Below are positions 29,047-38,347 of a stretch of DNA of 64,000 nt, one piece after another. Position 1 is the stretch's first letter. Each line of letters opens with the position of its first letter. Origin of the DNA: Candidatus Limnocylindria bacterium (lineage in GTDB: Bacteria > Chloroflexota > Limnocylindria > P2-11E); assembly GCA_036003765.1 (NCBI GenBank), contig DASYSC010000086.1, forward strand, positions 1,158-65,157, given 5' to 3'. The notes beneath the pieces are model-generated. The model searched no databases and was not told where the DNA came from. It saw only the letters and a program-made list of their open reading frames with translations. Position numbers and translations under genes: made by a program.

Positions 29047-30659
29047 TCGGCCGCCGCCGCCACCATTCGCTCAGGCAGGTCGGCGGTGCGGCGTCCCGCC
29101 GCGATGAAGACGCAGCCCGCGGCGGCGAGCAGGAGCACGACGATCGCGACGACCGCGGTGGGGTGCATCGCCAGGATGAAGGCGTTCTCGAACACATCGC
29201 GCGCGATCTGCTGGATCTGCGCCACTGCCTGCGCCGGAACATTCGCTGGCAGGTGCGCTCCTCCGCTCTGACCGACCCCGACCTGGAAGCCCGAACGCGA
29301 GGCCTGGGCGAAGCCGTTCACGAATTGGTCGCGGAACTGCGGCGGCAGCTGCCCTGACTTCGCGGCGGCCTGCGCCGGAAGGTCGATCGCGAGCTGCGCC
29401 TGAAGCACCGCCCCGATGACCGCACTGCCGACGACGGCGCCGAGCTGGCGCATCGTGTTGAAGACTCCCGACGCGGCGCCCGTGTCGCGCATCGCGACGT
29501 CTTTCATCGCTACCGCGGTCATGGGCGCGAAGACGCAGCCCATGCCCAATCCGGCCACCATCAGCGGCGCGACGAACGTCTGCCAGGTCGAGTCAAGAGA
29601 CGCGAGCACGAAGAGCAGTCCGGTGCCGGTGGCGAAGAGAACGAGTCCGGCCATGAGGAAGTACTTGCCGCCGAAACGGTCCGCCAACCGTCCGGAAAAG
29701 GGCGCGACGAACATCGAGACGAGCGACAGCGGCGCGACGGCGAGACCCGCGTCGAGCGCGGACATCCCTCGAACCGACTGCAGGTAGATCGTGAATGGCA
29801 GGAAGATGCCCTGCATCGCGAACGCAACTGCGAGCGACGTCCCGTTCATGAGTGTGTAGTTGCGATGGTTGAAGAGGCGCAGCGGCACGAGCGGCTCGGC
29901 CTGCGAGCGCTCCCAGGCCAGGAACGCGACGAAGAGCACGACGCCGACCGCAAGGATCAGCGGGATGGAGATGATGCCGCTGATGGTCCCCCAGTCGTAG
30001 CGCTGGCCTTCGATGAGGGCGTAGACGATCGCGAGGAGCGCGACTCCCGAGAGCGCGACACCAACGAGATCGAAGCGGTGCAGCCGGCCGGGACGGACGT
30101 CCGGGACGACGAGAAATGCGCCAACGAGGGCGACGATGCCGATCGGAACGTTCACGAAGAAGATCCAGCGCCAGTCGAAGTTCGTGACGATGAAGCCGCC
30201 GAGCGTTGGACCGGCGAGCGTAGAGACTCCGATGACCGCGCCCCAGAAACCGAGCGCGGCCCCCATGCGTTCGCGTGGAAAGATCGAAGTGAGGATCGCG
30301 AGCGACTGCGGCGCGAGAAGGGCACCCCCGACACCCTGCACGACGCGAGCGGCGATGAGCTGACCGGCATCCTGCGAAAGACCGCAGAGCACCGACGCCG
30401 CGGTGAAGATCACAAGGCCGGCGGCGAACAGGTTGCGCGGGCCGAAGAGGTCACCGAGGCGGCCCGCGGTGATGAGGAGAACGGCATACGCGAGGAGGTA
30501 TCCGTTGAACACCCACAGGACCGAGTCGAGCGAGGTCTGAAGGCTGGTCAGGATGCTCGGCGTTGCCACGTACACGATCGTCGTGTCGAGCATGATCATG
30601 AAGAAGCCGAGGCAAACAATGAGCAGCGCAGGCCACGGGTTACGGAGAGGTTGGGGCAA
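29043..30659 (-). CDS. MFS transporter, DHA2 (14-TMS EmrB/QacA) type
   Basis: LDTTIVYVATPSI, GRLGDLFGPR. About 14 hydrophobic segments plus a C-terminal extension. Confidence 0.85.
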   Translation of the reverse strand: MPQPLRNPWPALLIVCLGFFMIMLDTTIVYVATPSILTSLQTSLDSVLWVFNGYLLAYAVLLITAGRLGDLFGPRNLFAAGLVIFTAASVLCGLSQDAGQLIAARVVQGVGGALLAPQSLAILTSIFPRERMGAALGFWGAVIGVSTLAGPTLGGFIVTNFDWRWIFFVNVPIGIVALVGAFLVVPDVRPGRLHRFDLVGVALSGVALLAIVYALIEGQRYDWGTISGIISIPLILAVGVVLFVAFLAWERSQAEPLVPLRLFNHRNYTLMNGTSLAVAFAMQGIFLPFTIYLQSVRGMSALDAGLAVAPLSLVSMFVAPFSGRLADRFGGKYFLMAGLVLFATGTGLLFVLASLDSTWQTFVAPLMVAGLGMGCVFAPMTAVAMKDVAMRDTGAASGVFNTMRQLGAVVGSAVIGAVLQAQLAIDLPAQAAAKSGQLPPQFRDQFVNGFAQASRSGFQVGVGQSGGAHLPANVPAQAVAQIQQIARDVFENAFILAMHPTAVVAIVVLLLAAAGCVFIAAGRRTADLPERMVAAAAD

Positions 30660-30754
30660 TTCGGGATCCTCCTGTGGTTCGCGTATGACAACAACGACGA
30701 TGCGGCCGCTATTTCGACGGGATCAACCCGCGCAAACGTGTTCTGTTGCGAAGA

Positions 30755-31198
30755 TCACAGAACGGGCGGGGTCGCCGGTGCAAAGCGCAAGCGCAGAAAC
30801 CGTTTGATGCCGAGCGCGCTCAAGGCCCGCCGCTCCCACGCTGCGAACGCGGGAAGCCCTGCGTCCTCGACGATCTCGGGTTCGATCATCTGATGTTCTC
30901 TGCCGTTCCATCGGACGACGCATCCGCCCGCGGCCAGAATGTTGCGGCACCAATCCGCCTCGGGACCGAATGGCAACGGGACCACGAGCGCGTCAGGCGT
31001 GTGCCCGATCGCGACAGGCGTCGCGTAGACCCGCCCTGAGCGGCGACCGCGGTGGCGGACGATGGCCCAGAGCGGCAGATACGCGCTTCCTGCGAGTCGG
31101 ACGACCAGAGGATTCAAGAGCCGAGCGAGCGGACCGAAGACGCGCGCGATCGGCACCCGCCCGTCGTGCGGCCGACTCGCGGCTATGGTGTTTGCCAT
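30755..31198 (-). CDS. Deazaflavin (F420)-dependent nitroreductase family protein (DDN-like)
   Basis: LNPLVVRLAG...VRHRGRRSGRVYATPV...VVPLPFGPEADWCRNILAAG is the DDN split-barrel pattern. ATG at 31198. Confidence 0.7.
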   Translation of the reverse strand: MANTIAASRPHDGRVPIARVFGPLARLLNPLVVRLAGSAYLPLWAIVRHRGRRSGRVYATPVAIGHTPDALVVPLPFGPEADWCRNILAAGGCVVRWNGREHQMIEPEIVEDAGLPAFAAWERRALSALGIKRFLRLRFAPATPPVL

Positions 31199-31227
31199 CT
31201 CAGACCTCCCCAAGAACAATCTCGTGT

Positions 31228-31247
31228 ATGATTCAATCATCTGATTG
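31228..31247. promoter_or_regulatory. Two overlapping palindromes, candidate TetR operator
   Basis: ATGATT-C-AATCAT (31228-31240) and CAATCA-TC-TGATTG (31234-31247). They lie in the 46-bp divergent region and are AT-rich in a GC-rich context. Confidence 0.5.
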
Positions 31248-31895
31248 ATGGAAAGTCAAGGACGCCGGAGAAAGACCGCCGAGCCCAGACGCGACGAACT
31301 GGTCCTTGCCGCCTACCGGCTTCTCGCGGAGCGTGGCTTCGAAGGGCTTCGCACGCGCGACATCGCAGGAGCAGTTGGCCTCAACATTGCCACGCTTCAC
31401 TACTACTTCCCCACGAAGGAAGCGTTGGTGAGAGGCGTCGTCCACCATGCGCTCGGGCGATTTCGGACCACGCTCACCGCCGAAGGCGGCGCGACCGATC
31501 TACTGCGATCGCACTTCAAAGGCCTGCGCCGGCTCGGCCGCGAAGAGCCGCAGCTTTTCGCGGTCATGGGTGAGCTGGCGCTGCGGGCCGTCCGCGATCC
31601 AGGGATCGCCACGATCATGAGGGAGATCGACGAGACCTGGCACGCGACGCTGCGCGGTCTGCTGCGCCGTGCTCAGAAGGACGGCGCGCTCGACAAGAAG
31701 ATCGACGTGAATGACGCCGCAGCCCTCATCGTGGCGACGCTGAAGGGCGTGTATCTCCTGCCCGCGGGGTCACTCCGCCAGGAGAGACTGACTCAGGCGC
31801 TGCGACAGCTCGAACGGTGGCTCGGGATCACGAGGGGCCGGACGAGCGTGGCGTCGGTCGCATCTAGGAGAACGTCACTGCGGCCGGTAGAGTGA
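31245..31895 (+). CDS. TetR/AcrR family transcriptional regulator
   Basis: RRDELVLAAYRLLAERGFEGLRTRDIAGAVGLNIATLHYYFPTKEALV HTH. Confidence 0.9.
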   Translation: MMESQGRRRKTAEPRRDELVLAAYRLLAERGFEGLRTRDIAGAVGLNIATLHYYFPTKEALVRGVVHHALGRFRTTLTAEGGATDLLRSHFKGLRRLGREEPQLFAVMGELALRAVRDPGIATIMREIDETWHATLRGLLRRAQKDGALDKKIDVNDAAALIVATLKGVYLLPAGSLRQERLTQALRQLERWLGITRGRTSVASVASRRTSLRPVE

Positions 31896-31901
31896 TAGCG
31901 G

Positions 31902-33047
31902 ATGAGGAAGGGCCACCCGAGCGCGGCGTGGATCGCCGCCACCCTGGTCGTCGTACTTCTCGCCGGCTGCAGCACGCCAGCCGCCGCTCCGAGCCCATCG
32001 CCTGAGCCCTCGCTAGCGGCCGTCGCGACGGCGACACCCGTGGCGACACCCGTACCGACACCGGAAGCGACCCCCGACCCGGCCGCACCCTGCAAGGACT
32101 GCTGGCCGCTCACCGGGAAGCCCGTAAAGGTCGGCGCCGTCGACAAGCGTCCCCTCGTGGTGAAGATCGACAACGTCCCGCTGGCGCGCCCGCATTACGG
32201 CATCACGCAGGCCGACATCGTCTTCGAGATCCTCGTCGAAGGATTCGTCACGCGCCTTGCCGCGGTCTACCAGTCGCAGGACGCGCAGACGATCGGGAAC
32301 ATCCGCAGCGCGCGCCTGGCGGACCGCTCGCTCACACCGATGGTCCGCGGCGCGCTTGTCTACTCCGGGACCTCCTCGTACGAAATGCCGCTCATCCAGG
32401 GTGACGCCTCGGATGGAAAGTACCTCGACCTCTCGGCCGACTACACGAGCGGCTATTACCGCGTGAACTTCCGGCCGGGTCCCTACAACATGTTCACGAG
32501 CGCCACCGCGATGCGACAGGCGATCGCTGCGAAGGGCGGCGACGCTCCGCAGCAGGTCCCGTCATGGGGCTTCCTCGCCGATCCCGATCATGCGTCGACG
32601 ATCGCCGGGATGAGCGCCGCGACAACGGCCACGGACATCACCATCCCGTACCGCGAGGACAGCTCGCGGGTCCAGTACAAGTACGACGCCAAGACCCGGA
32701 CCTACGCGCGCTGGCAGAACAGCGCGAGCAAGGCGGTGCGCGACGTCGACGGCGTCAACAACCAGCCGGTCGCTGCTTCGAACGTGGTGATCATCTACAC
32801 CGAGATCTGGGAGGTGCCGCAGATCGTCGACGCCGCCGGCGCGCACGCGCACGACATGCGTCTTGTCGGCACCGGAGCGGCGACGATCTTCCGCGACGGG
32901 CTGCGCCAGGAAGGCACGTGGTCGCGAGCGACCGAGAGCGACCTCTTCACGTTCAAGAACGCGGCCGGCGAGCGGATCCTCTTCGATCAGGGCCAGACCT
33001 GGGTCCACGTCGTCCCGAACGAGTGGGAGATCACGAGCCAGCAATAA
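31902..33047 (+). CDS. DUF3048 domain lipoprotein
   Basis: Lipobox LLAGC, PT/PA-rich linker, then CWPLTGKPV...RPLVVKIDNVPLARPHYGITQADIVFEILVEGFVTRLAAVY. Confidence 0.8.
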   Translation: MRKGHPSAAWIAATLVVVLLAGCSTPAAAPSPSPEPSLAAVATATPVATPVPTPEATPDPAAPCKDCWPLTGKPVKVGAVDKRPLVVKIDNVPLARPHYGITQADIVFEILVEGFVTRLAAVYQSQDAQTIGNIRSARLADRSLTPMVRGALVYSGTSSYEMPLIQGDASDGKYLDLSADYTSGYYRVNFRPGPYNMFTSATAMRQAIAAKGGDAPQQVPSWGFLADPDHASTIAGMSAATTATDITIPYREDSSRVQYKYDAKTRTYARWQNSASKAVRDVDGVNNQPVAASNVVIIYTEIWEVPQIVDAAGAHAHDMRLVGTGAATIFRDGLRQEGTWSRATESDLFTFKNAAGERILFDQGQTWVHVVPNEWEITSQQ

Positions 33048-33222
33048 CCCGAGCTACCGCTCGGCCTGCACGCGAAGCGCCCTAGCGGGCACTCTTGGGA
33101 CGGTGCGACCCCGAGCCCGACCGCGCGCACCCGTCCCCACCCCCACGGCCGACGCTCGTGCTCAGCTCAGGATGGAAAATGACCGCTGTGCCGAAGGTGA
33201 CACTCACGCATAGTTCGTAGCG

Positions 33223-33756
33223 TTGGACGACCTGACCTTCTGGTTCGCGGCCCGCGCGACCGGACTCACCGCTTTCGCCGCGATCTGCATCTCGGTCGTG
33301 TCGGGAGAGGCGCTGCGCACCTCGGTCCTCGACTTCCTCGCGTCGAACCGCGCCATCCGGAAGCTGCACGACTTCACCACGCCGCTCTGGATCCCGCTCG
33401 TGATCGCTCACATCGTCACGCTGGTCCTCGATAAGACCGCGCAGATCGCGCTCCGCGACGCGATCGTGCCCTTCCAGGTCGACTACGGCTGGTGGCAGAT
33501 CGGCCTCGGGACGGTCGCGTTCGACATCCTCATCGTGGTCACGGTGACGAGCTGGCTGCGGAAGTACATGAACAACACGCTTTGGCAATGGATCCATCGC
33601 ACGAGCTACATCGCGTTCGCGGCCATCTTCTTCCACGCGTTCTTCTCGGGGACCGACTTCGCGGCGCCGGTTGTCTCCGCGATCGCCTGGTCGTCGGCGC
33701 TCGCGCTTGCGATCTTCGGCCTGGCGCGGCTTCTCTGGGGCCGGCTCCCCGCCTGA
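33223..33756 (+). CDS. Ferric-reductase-like (MsrQ/YedZ-type) transmembrane protein
   Basis: Six hydrophobic helices. Paired His candidates for heme b ligation (KLHDF...VIAHIV; WIHRTSY...FFHAFF). TTG start. Confidence 0.55.
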   Translation: MDDLTFWFAARATGLTAFAAICISVVSGEALRTSVLDFLASNRAIRKLHDFTTPLWIPLVIAHIVTLVLDKTAQIALRDAIVPFQVDYGWWQIGLGTVAFDILIVVTVTSWLRKYMNNTLWQWIHRTSYIAFAAIFFHAFFSGTDFAAPVVSAIAWSSALALAIFGLARLLWGRLPA

Positions 33757-34523
33757 TGCCGGTCGTCACGCATACCGGCGACGTCGCCCTGGCGCGCGCC
33801 GAATACGACCGCCGACCAGGGACGAATCTGAAGTACGCGCTACGGAAGCGCTTCTCCTGGATGCAGCGCTACCTCGGTCCGACCGCATTTGCCGTCGAGG
33901 TGGGATGCGGCGCGGGCTTCAGCGAGCGGTTCCTCAAGGCCGGCCGCCTCGAGCTCACCGATGCCGAGCCGCATCCCTGGGTGGCGCGCGTGGTCGACGC
34001 GACGGAGCTGCCCTACGCCGACGCGAGCGTCGACGTGCTGATCGCGAACAACGTGATCCACCACCTCGCGTACCCCGACCGCTTCCTGCGCGGGGCCGCA
34101 CGGGTGCTCAGACCGGATGGACATCTCCTGGTGCAGGAATGCAACCTCGGCAAGACCACCGAGTGGGCGCTTCGGCTCACCGGGCATGAAGGCTACGACT
34201 GGTCAGCCGATCCATTCGACGCGAGCCGTCCGTGCAACGATCCGAAGGACCCCTGGAGCGCGAATTGCGCGATCCCGAACCTGCTCTTCGATGACCTCGC
34301 GAAATTTACGCGGCACTATCCGATGTTCGCGGTCACCGAGGCGGGCCTCTCGGAGTTCATCATCCACTTCAACAACGGCGGCATCAGTGCGCGAGTCCCC
34401 TACGTGCCGCTGCCGGAAGCGGCGCTGCGATTCCTCGACCTGATCGACGACGGACTCATCCGAGTCGCTCCGCGCTTCTTCGCTGCGCAGCGCCGCATCG
34501 CGCTTCGTCGCGAAGCGTCGTGA
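33756..34523 (+). CDS. Class I SAM-dependent methyltransferase
   Basis: Motif I VEVGCGAG, then VDVLIANNVIHH and LRPDGHLLV. ATG shares 1 nt with the upstream stop. Confidence 0.8.
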   Translation: MPVVTHTGDVALARAEYDRRPGTNLKYALRKRFSWMQRYLGPTAFAVEVGCGAGFSERFLKAGRLELTDAEPHPWVARVVDATELPYADASVDVLIANNVIHHLAYPDRFLRGAARVLRPDGHLLVQECNLGKTTEWALRLTGHEGYDWSADPFDASRPCNDPKDPWSANCAIPNLLFDDLAKFTRHYPMFAVTEAGLSEFIIHFNNGGISARVPYVPLPEAALRFLDLIDDGLIRVAPRFFAAQRRIALRREAS

Positions 34524-34544
34524 AGCGTCAGAGCGGAGAAGGTC

Positions 34545-36065
34545 CTAGCGCGAGCGGAGGCGCCAGACAGTCCACCCGCTTTGCTGCAGCACTCCCAGTC
34601 GCTCGTAATTGGCCTCGACGAAATCGACGATGCGTGAGGTCTCGGGCGGCCACGCGTACTGCGGCTCAGGCGACGTCCAGGAGACAAGCCCGGCACGATC
34701 GAGCGGCGGTGTGACGAAGCTGTCCTTGGACGCGTCGATGATGAGGAGTGGCCGCTCGCGGTCGAGATCGGCGATGAACGCGTCGATCGTCGCCGGCGAG
34801 GCGTAGCCGCGCGTCGCGAGCGCCGCGTACTGGTACACCAGGCGCGTCGCCGAGCGCCGGTCCGCGAGCACGAGTACCTCGGCGCGCGAGCCCCAGACCA
34901 GCACAGCGTCGGCGCTGGTGGTCGCGTAGTCAACATACGTCGCGGCCTCTCTTGCGGCGCCGTCGTCACGGACCCCGATGAGCCGGCCGACGAGCACTGA
35001 GGGAACGATCGCCATAGACACGCAGGCCACGACCACCGCGAAGGAGAAGCGCGGTCCGAAACGAGTGAGTAGCCACCAGCAGAGGTACGCCGCCAGTACG
35101 CCCATCGCCGGGAGCCACGGCAGGAAGTAGTAGTGGTAGGCGCGCCCGGTCGAGGAGAGCAGCAGCTCGATCGGGAACCCCGCGGCCGCCAAGAGAACGA
35201 TCGGCGGTCGCGGCCCGGAGAGCGCCGCCACCCAGCCAGCGATCGCGACGAGCGCGAGCCCCGACGGAAGGGTGAGCCGCAGGCCGAGGCCGATCGCTTC
35301 CGCGCGGGCCAGCGGGGTAGCGAACGCCGAATACGCCGCGTTGTAGCGAAACACCTGCGCGACCGCATCGGGGAGCGCTCCGCCGATGGCGAGCCAGGCG
35401 ACTGCTACCAGAAGGACGCCGAGAAAAGGCCCGGCGATGAGCAGCCCCCTACGGCGGAGGTCCCGCCATCGCCCAGATCTAGCGCTCGTGAACACGAGGA
35501 CGAGCGCGATCGCCAGCCAGAGCCCGATCACGGTCGGCTTCAGCAGGGCCGCCGCGGCGCCGAGCGCGCCCAGCGCCGCGGTCCGCCAGGTCGGCGCGTG
35601 CCGCGCCTCTTCCTCGGCGAACAGACCGAGCGCTCCGAACTGGAGCGGTAGCGCATAGAACTCGGGGAAGTTCGTCTGCAGGCCGTCCTCCAGGAAGAGC
35701 CGCGGGACCGCAACGAGCCAGGCGATGGTGCCGAACACCGCGCCGTACGGACCGAGGCCGCCGCGCGCGAGCGCTCGATACGAAAGCCAGATTGCGGCCG
35801 ACAGCGCGATGGCTTGCAGCACGAACACGCCCCACACGTTCGCCCCGGCGAGCAGGTCAAGGACATACACGCCCGGAGGCTTGTGATCCCAGATGTCGCG
35901 ATATGGCATGCCGCCCGCCGCGATCGTGCGCGCGACGTAGAGAAAAACGCCCTCGTCCTCGCTCGGCACGCGGTTCAGAGGGAGATTCGGAGTGAGGACG
36001 AAGAGCGTGCCGAGGACGATCGCCGCCGCCATCGAGATCTGCGGACGGCGCCTCATCTCGCGCAT
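34545..36065 (-). CDS. Glycosyltransferase family 39 / ArnT-PMT-like membrane glycosyltransferase
   Basis: DEGVFLYVARTIAAGGMPYRDIWDHKPPG loop motif, about 11 TM helices and a C-terminal soluble domain. Start uncertain (in-frame Met codons begin at 36113, 36095, 36065, 36056 and 36032). Confidence 0.75.
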   Translation of the reverse strand: MREMRRRPQISMAAAIVLGTLFVLTPNLPLNRVPSEDEGVFLYVARTIAAGGMPYRDIWDHKPPGVYVLDLLAGANVWGVFVLQAIALSAAIWLSYRALARGGLGPYGAVFGTIAWLVAVPRLFLEDGLQTNFPEFYALPLQFGALGLFAEEEARHAPTWRTAALGALGAAAALLKPTVIGLWLAIALVLVFTSARSGRWRDLRRRGLLIAGPFLGVLLVAVAWLAIGGALPDAVAQVFRYNAAYSAFATPLARAEAIGLGLRLTLPSGLALVAIAGWVAALSGPRPPIVLLAAAGFPIELLLSSTGRAYHYYFLPWLPAMGVLAAYLCWWLLTRFGPRFSFAVVVACVSMAIVPSVLVGRLIGVRDDGAAREAATYVDYATTSADAVLVWGSRAEVLVLADRRSATRLVYQYAALATRGYASPATIDAFIADLDRERPLLIIDASKDSFVTPPLDRAGLVSWTSPEPQYAWPPETSRIVDFVEANYERLGVLQQSGWTVWRLRSR

Positions 36066-36075
36066 CCTAGGTGCG

Positions 36076-37422
36076 ATGCCGCGACGGATCGCCATCGTCG
36101 GAGCCGGCGTCACCGGTCTCGTCGCGGGCAGAGAGCTGGCCCGACACGGGTTCGCGGTGACGCTCGTCGAGCGCTGGCCGGACGTCGCGGGACAGGCGAG
36201 CGCGTTCGAAGTCGCGCCCGGGATCTGGCTGGAGCGCTACTACCACCATCTGTTTCCGAGCGACCGCGAGATGATCGAGCTGCACGACGAGCTTCTCCCG
36301 GGCGAGCTCGAGTGGTATCCGTCGTCGGTCGGGATCTTCACTCGCGGCCGCGTCTATCCATTTGTCACCCCCAGGGACCTACTCACGTACGCGCCGCTCC
36401 CGATCGTGGACCGCCTGCGGCTCGGTTTCGTCGTGCTGCGGCTCGTCGGCCGCACCGACTGGGAGCGCATGGACGACATCGGCGCGCTCGAGTGGCTGCG
36501 ACGCACGTGCGGCGAGCGTGCCGTCCGCTCCGTGTGGCTGCCGCTCATGCTCGGCAAGTTCGGCGAGGACGCGGAGCGGATCCCGCTCGCCTGGCTCTGG
36601 TCGAAATTCGTGCTCCGCCGCGGGAAGGGCGCGAGCGCCGGACGCGAACGGCTGGGATATCCGCGCGGCTCGTTCCGCGCGATCTGCGTGGCGCTCGCCG
36701 ATGATCTGCGCAAACGGGGCGCCGTCATCGAGCTCGATCGCGAGCTCGTCACCGTCCGGCCGGAGGGAGATGGCTTCGTGCTGCATTGCGCGGCGCCGGG
36801 CGCGTACCGCCGGCCGGCTGGCAACGCGACAAGGGAGAGCGGTCGGGAGCTTCGCGCGGACATCGTGTTGCTAACGACTCCGACGACGGCGACCGCCGCG
36901 GTGTGCGAATGGCCCGCCGAGTACCGCGCTCGCCTGGAGGCGTGGACCTATCGCGCCGCGGTCGTCCTCCTTCTCGAGATGCGTCGCGCATACCTCGACG
37001 TGTACTGGATGAACGTCGCCGACATGGACGTCCCCTTCCTCGGTATGGTCGAGCACACCAACCTCGTCCCGGCAGATCGGTACCCCGCCCGCTACCTCTA
37101 CGTGTCCAATTACGTCGCGCCGGCCGATCCGCTGACGCGGCTCGGACCCGAAGCGCTGCTTCAGCATTACCTCGCCGCGCTCAAGCTCATGAACCCGTCC
37201 TTCCGCCCGGATGACGTGCTCCGTTACTGGGCCTTCCGCGAAGACGCCGCGCAGCCGGTGCCGCGCGTGGGCAACCGGCATCGCCTCTTGCCGTTCGAGA
37301 CGCCACGGAAAGGGATGTTCCTGGCGAACACCACGCAGATCTATCCGGAGGATCGCGGCACCAACTACAGCGTCCGCCTGGGACGCGACGTCGCGAAAGT
37401 GATCGCAGAACGCCACGGCTAG
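36076..37422 (+). CDS. FAD-dependent oxidoreductase (amine-oxidase/protoporphyrinogen-oxidase-like fold)
   Basis: RIAIVGAGVTGLVAGRELARHGFAVTLVE Rossmann motif. ATG at 36076, divergent from the GT39 gene. Confidence 0.75.
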   Translation: MPRRIAIVGAGVTGLVAGRELARHGFAVTLVERWPDVAGQASAFEVAPGIWLERYYHHLFPSDREMIELHDELLPGELEWYPSSVGIFTRGRVYPFVTPRDLLTYAPLPIVDRLRLGFVVLRLVGRTDWERMDDIGALEWLRRTCGERAVRSVWLPLMLGKFGEDAERIPLAWLWSKFVLRRGKGASAGRERLGYPRGSFRAICVALADDLRKRGAVIELDRELVTVRPEGDGFVLHCAAPGAYRRPAGNATRESGRELRADIVLLTTPTTATAAVCEWPAEYRARLEAWTYRAAVVLLLEMRRAYLDVYWMNVADMDVPFLGMVEHTNLVPADRYPARYLYVSNYVAPADPLTRLGPEALLQHYLAALKLMNPSFRPDDVLRYWAFREDAAQPVPRVGNRHRLLPFETPRKGMFLANTTQIYPEDRGTNYSVRLGRDVAKVIAERHG

Positions 37423-37432
37423 CATCCGAACG

Positions 37433-38293
37433 ATGCGTCTCGGGGTCATCGTGTCGCCCGCGGCCGGCTTCAGCTACGACGAGGTCCGCGACCTCGCGCG
37501 AAGAGCCGAGACATCGGGCTTCGACTCTTTCTGGGTCAGCGACCACTTCTTCGGCGGCACTGGCGGCACGCCGGACCGCAACTGCCTCGAGGCATGGACG
37601 CTGCTCGCAGCGCTGGCGCGGGATACGCAGCGCATCCGTCTTGGCGTCCTAGTCGCGGCGATCCAGTATCGGAACCCGGCGCTCCAGGCCAAGATCGCGG
37701 CCGGTGTGGACCACATGTCGGGCGGCCGCCTCGAGTTCGGCGTCGGCGCGGGATGGAAAGAGGCGGAGTACCGGGCGTACGGGTACGCCTTCCCGCCACC
37801 CGGCGAGCGCGTCGAGCAGCTCAAGGATGGGCTCGAGATCACCAGACGCCTCTGGAGCGAGGAGCGCGCGACGTACCACGGGAAGCACTACCGCGTCGAC
37901 GACGCGGTCTGCGCGCCGAAGCCCACGCAGCGCCCCCGGCCGCCGATCTGGGTCGGCGGCGAAGGACCGCGTGTCATGCGCCTCGCAGCGCGCTACGCCG
38001 ATGGCTTCGACCTGGGAAAGCACGGTGCCGGCGGGGCCGATCTGACGACCGAGGAGATGGCCGCCGCCTTCGGCGAGCTGGGATCGATCGAGAGGGCCGC
38101 GAAGCGCGAAAAGCCGCTGTTGCGTTCGCATTGGTCGTCGAGCACGCTCGAGCGCGACCACGAAGGGCTGGTCGAAAAGATCCGCGGGTACGCAGGCGCC
38201 GGGCTCGACCAGTACCTCTGTGCGTTCCCCAAGGACCGCGCCGCCGAGATGATCGAGCAGTCGCGCGAGCGACTGATCCCCGCTTTCAACTAG
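37433..38293 (+). CDS. LLM-class (luciferase-like) F420-dependent oxidoreductase
   Basis: SGFDSFWVSDHFFG, RIRLGVLVAAIQYRNPA, GRLEFGVGAGW. Confidence 0.8.
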   Translation: MRLGVIVSPAAGFSYDEVRDLARRAETSGFDSFWVSDHFFGGTGGTPDRNCLEAWTLLAALARDTQRIRLGVLVAAIQYRNPALQAKIAAGVDHMSGGRLEFGVGAGWKEAEYRAYGYAFPPPGERVEQLKDGLEITRRLWSEERATYHGKHYRVDDAVCAPKPTQRPRPPIWVGGEGPRVMRLAARYADGFDLGKHGAGGADLTTEEMAAAFGELGSIERAAKREKPLLRSHWSSSTLERDHEGLVEKIRGYAGAGLDQYLCAFPKDRAAEMIEQSRERLIPAFN

Positions 38294-38347
38294 CTGATCT
38301 CGCCCTGTTCCATCAATTGGCCGGGCGCGTCCGTACACTGGTTTCAG

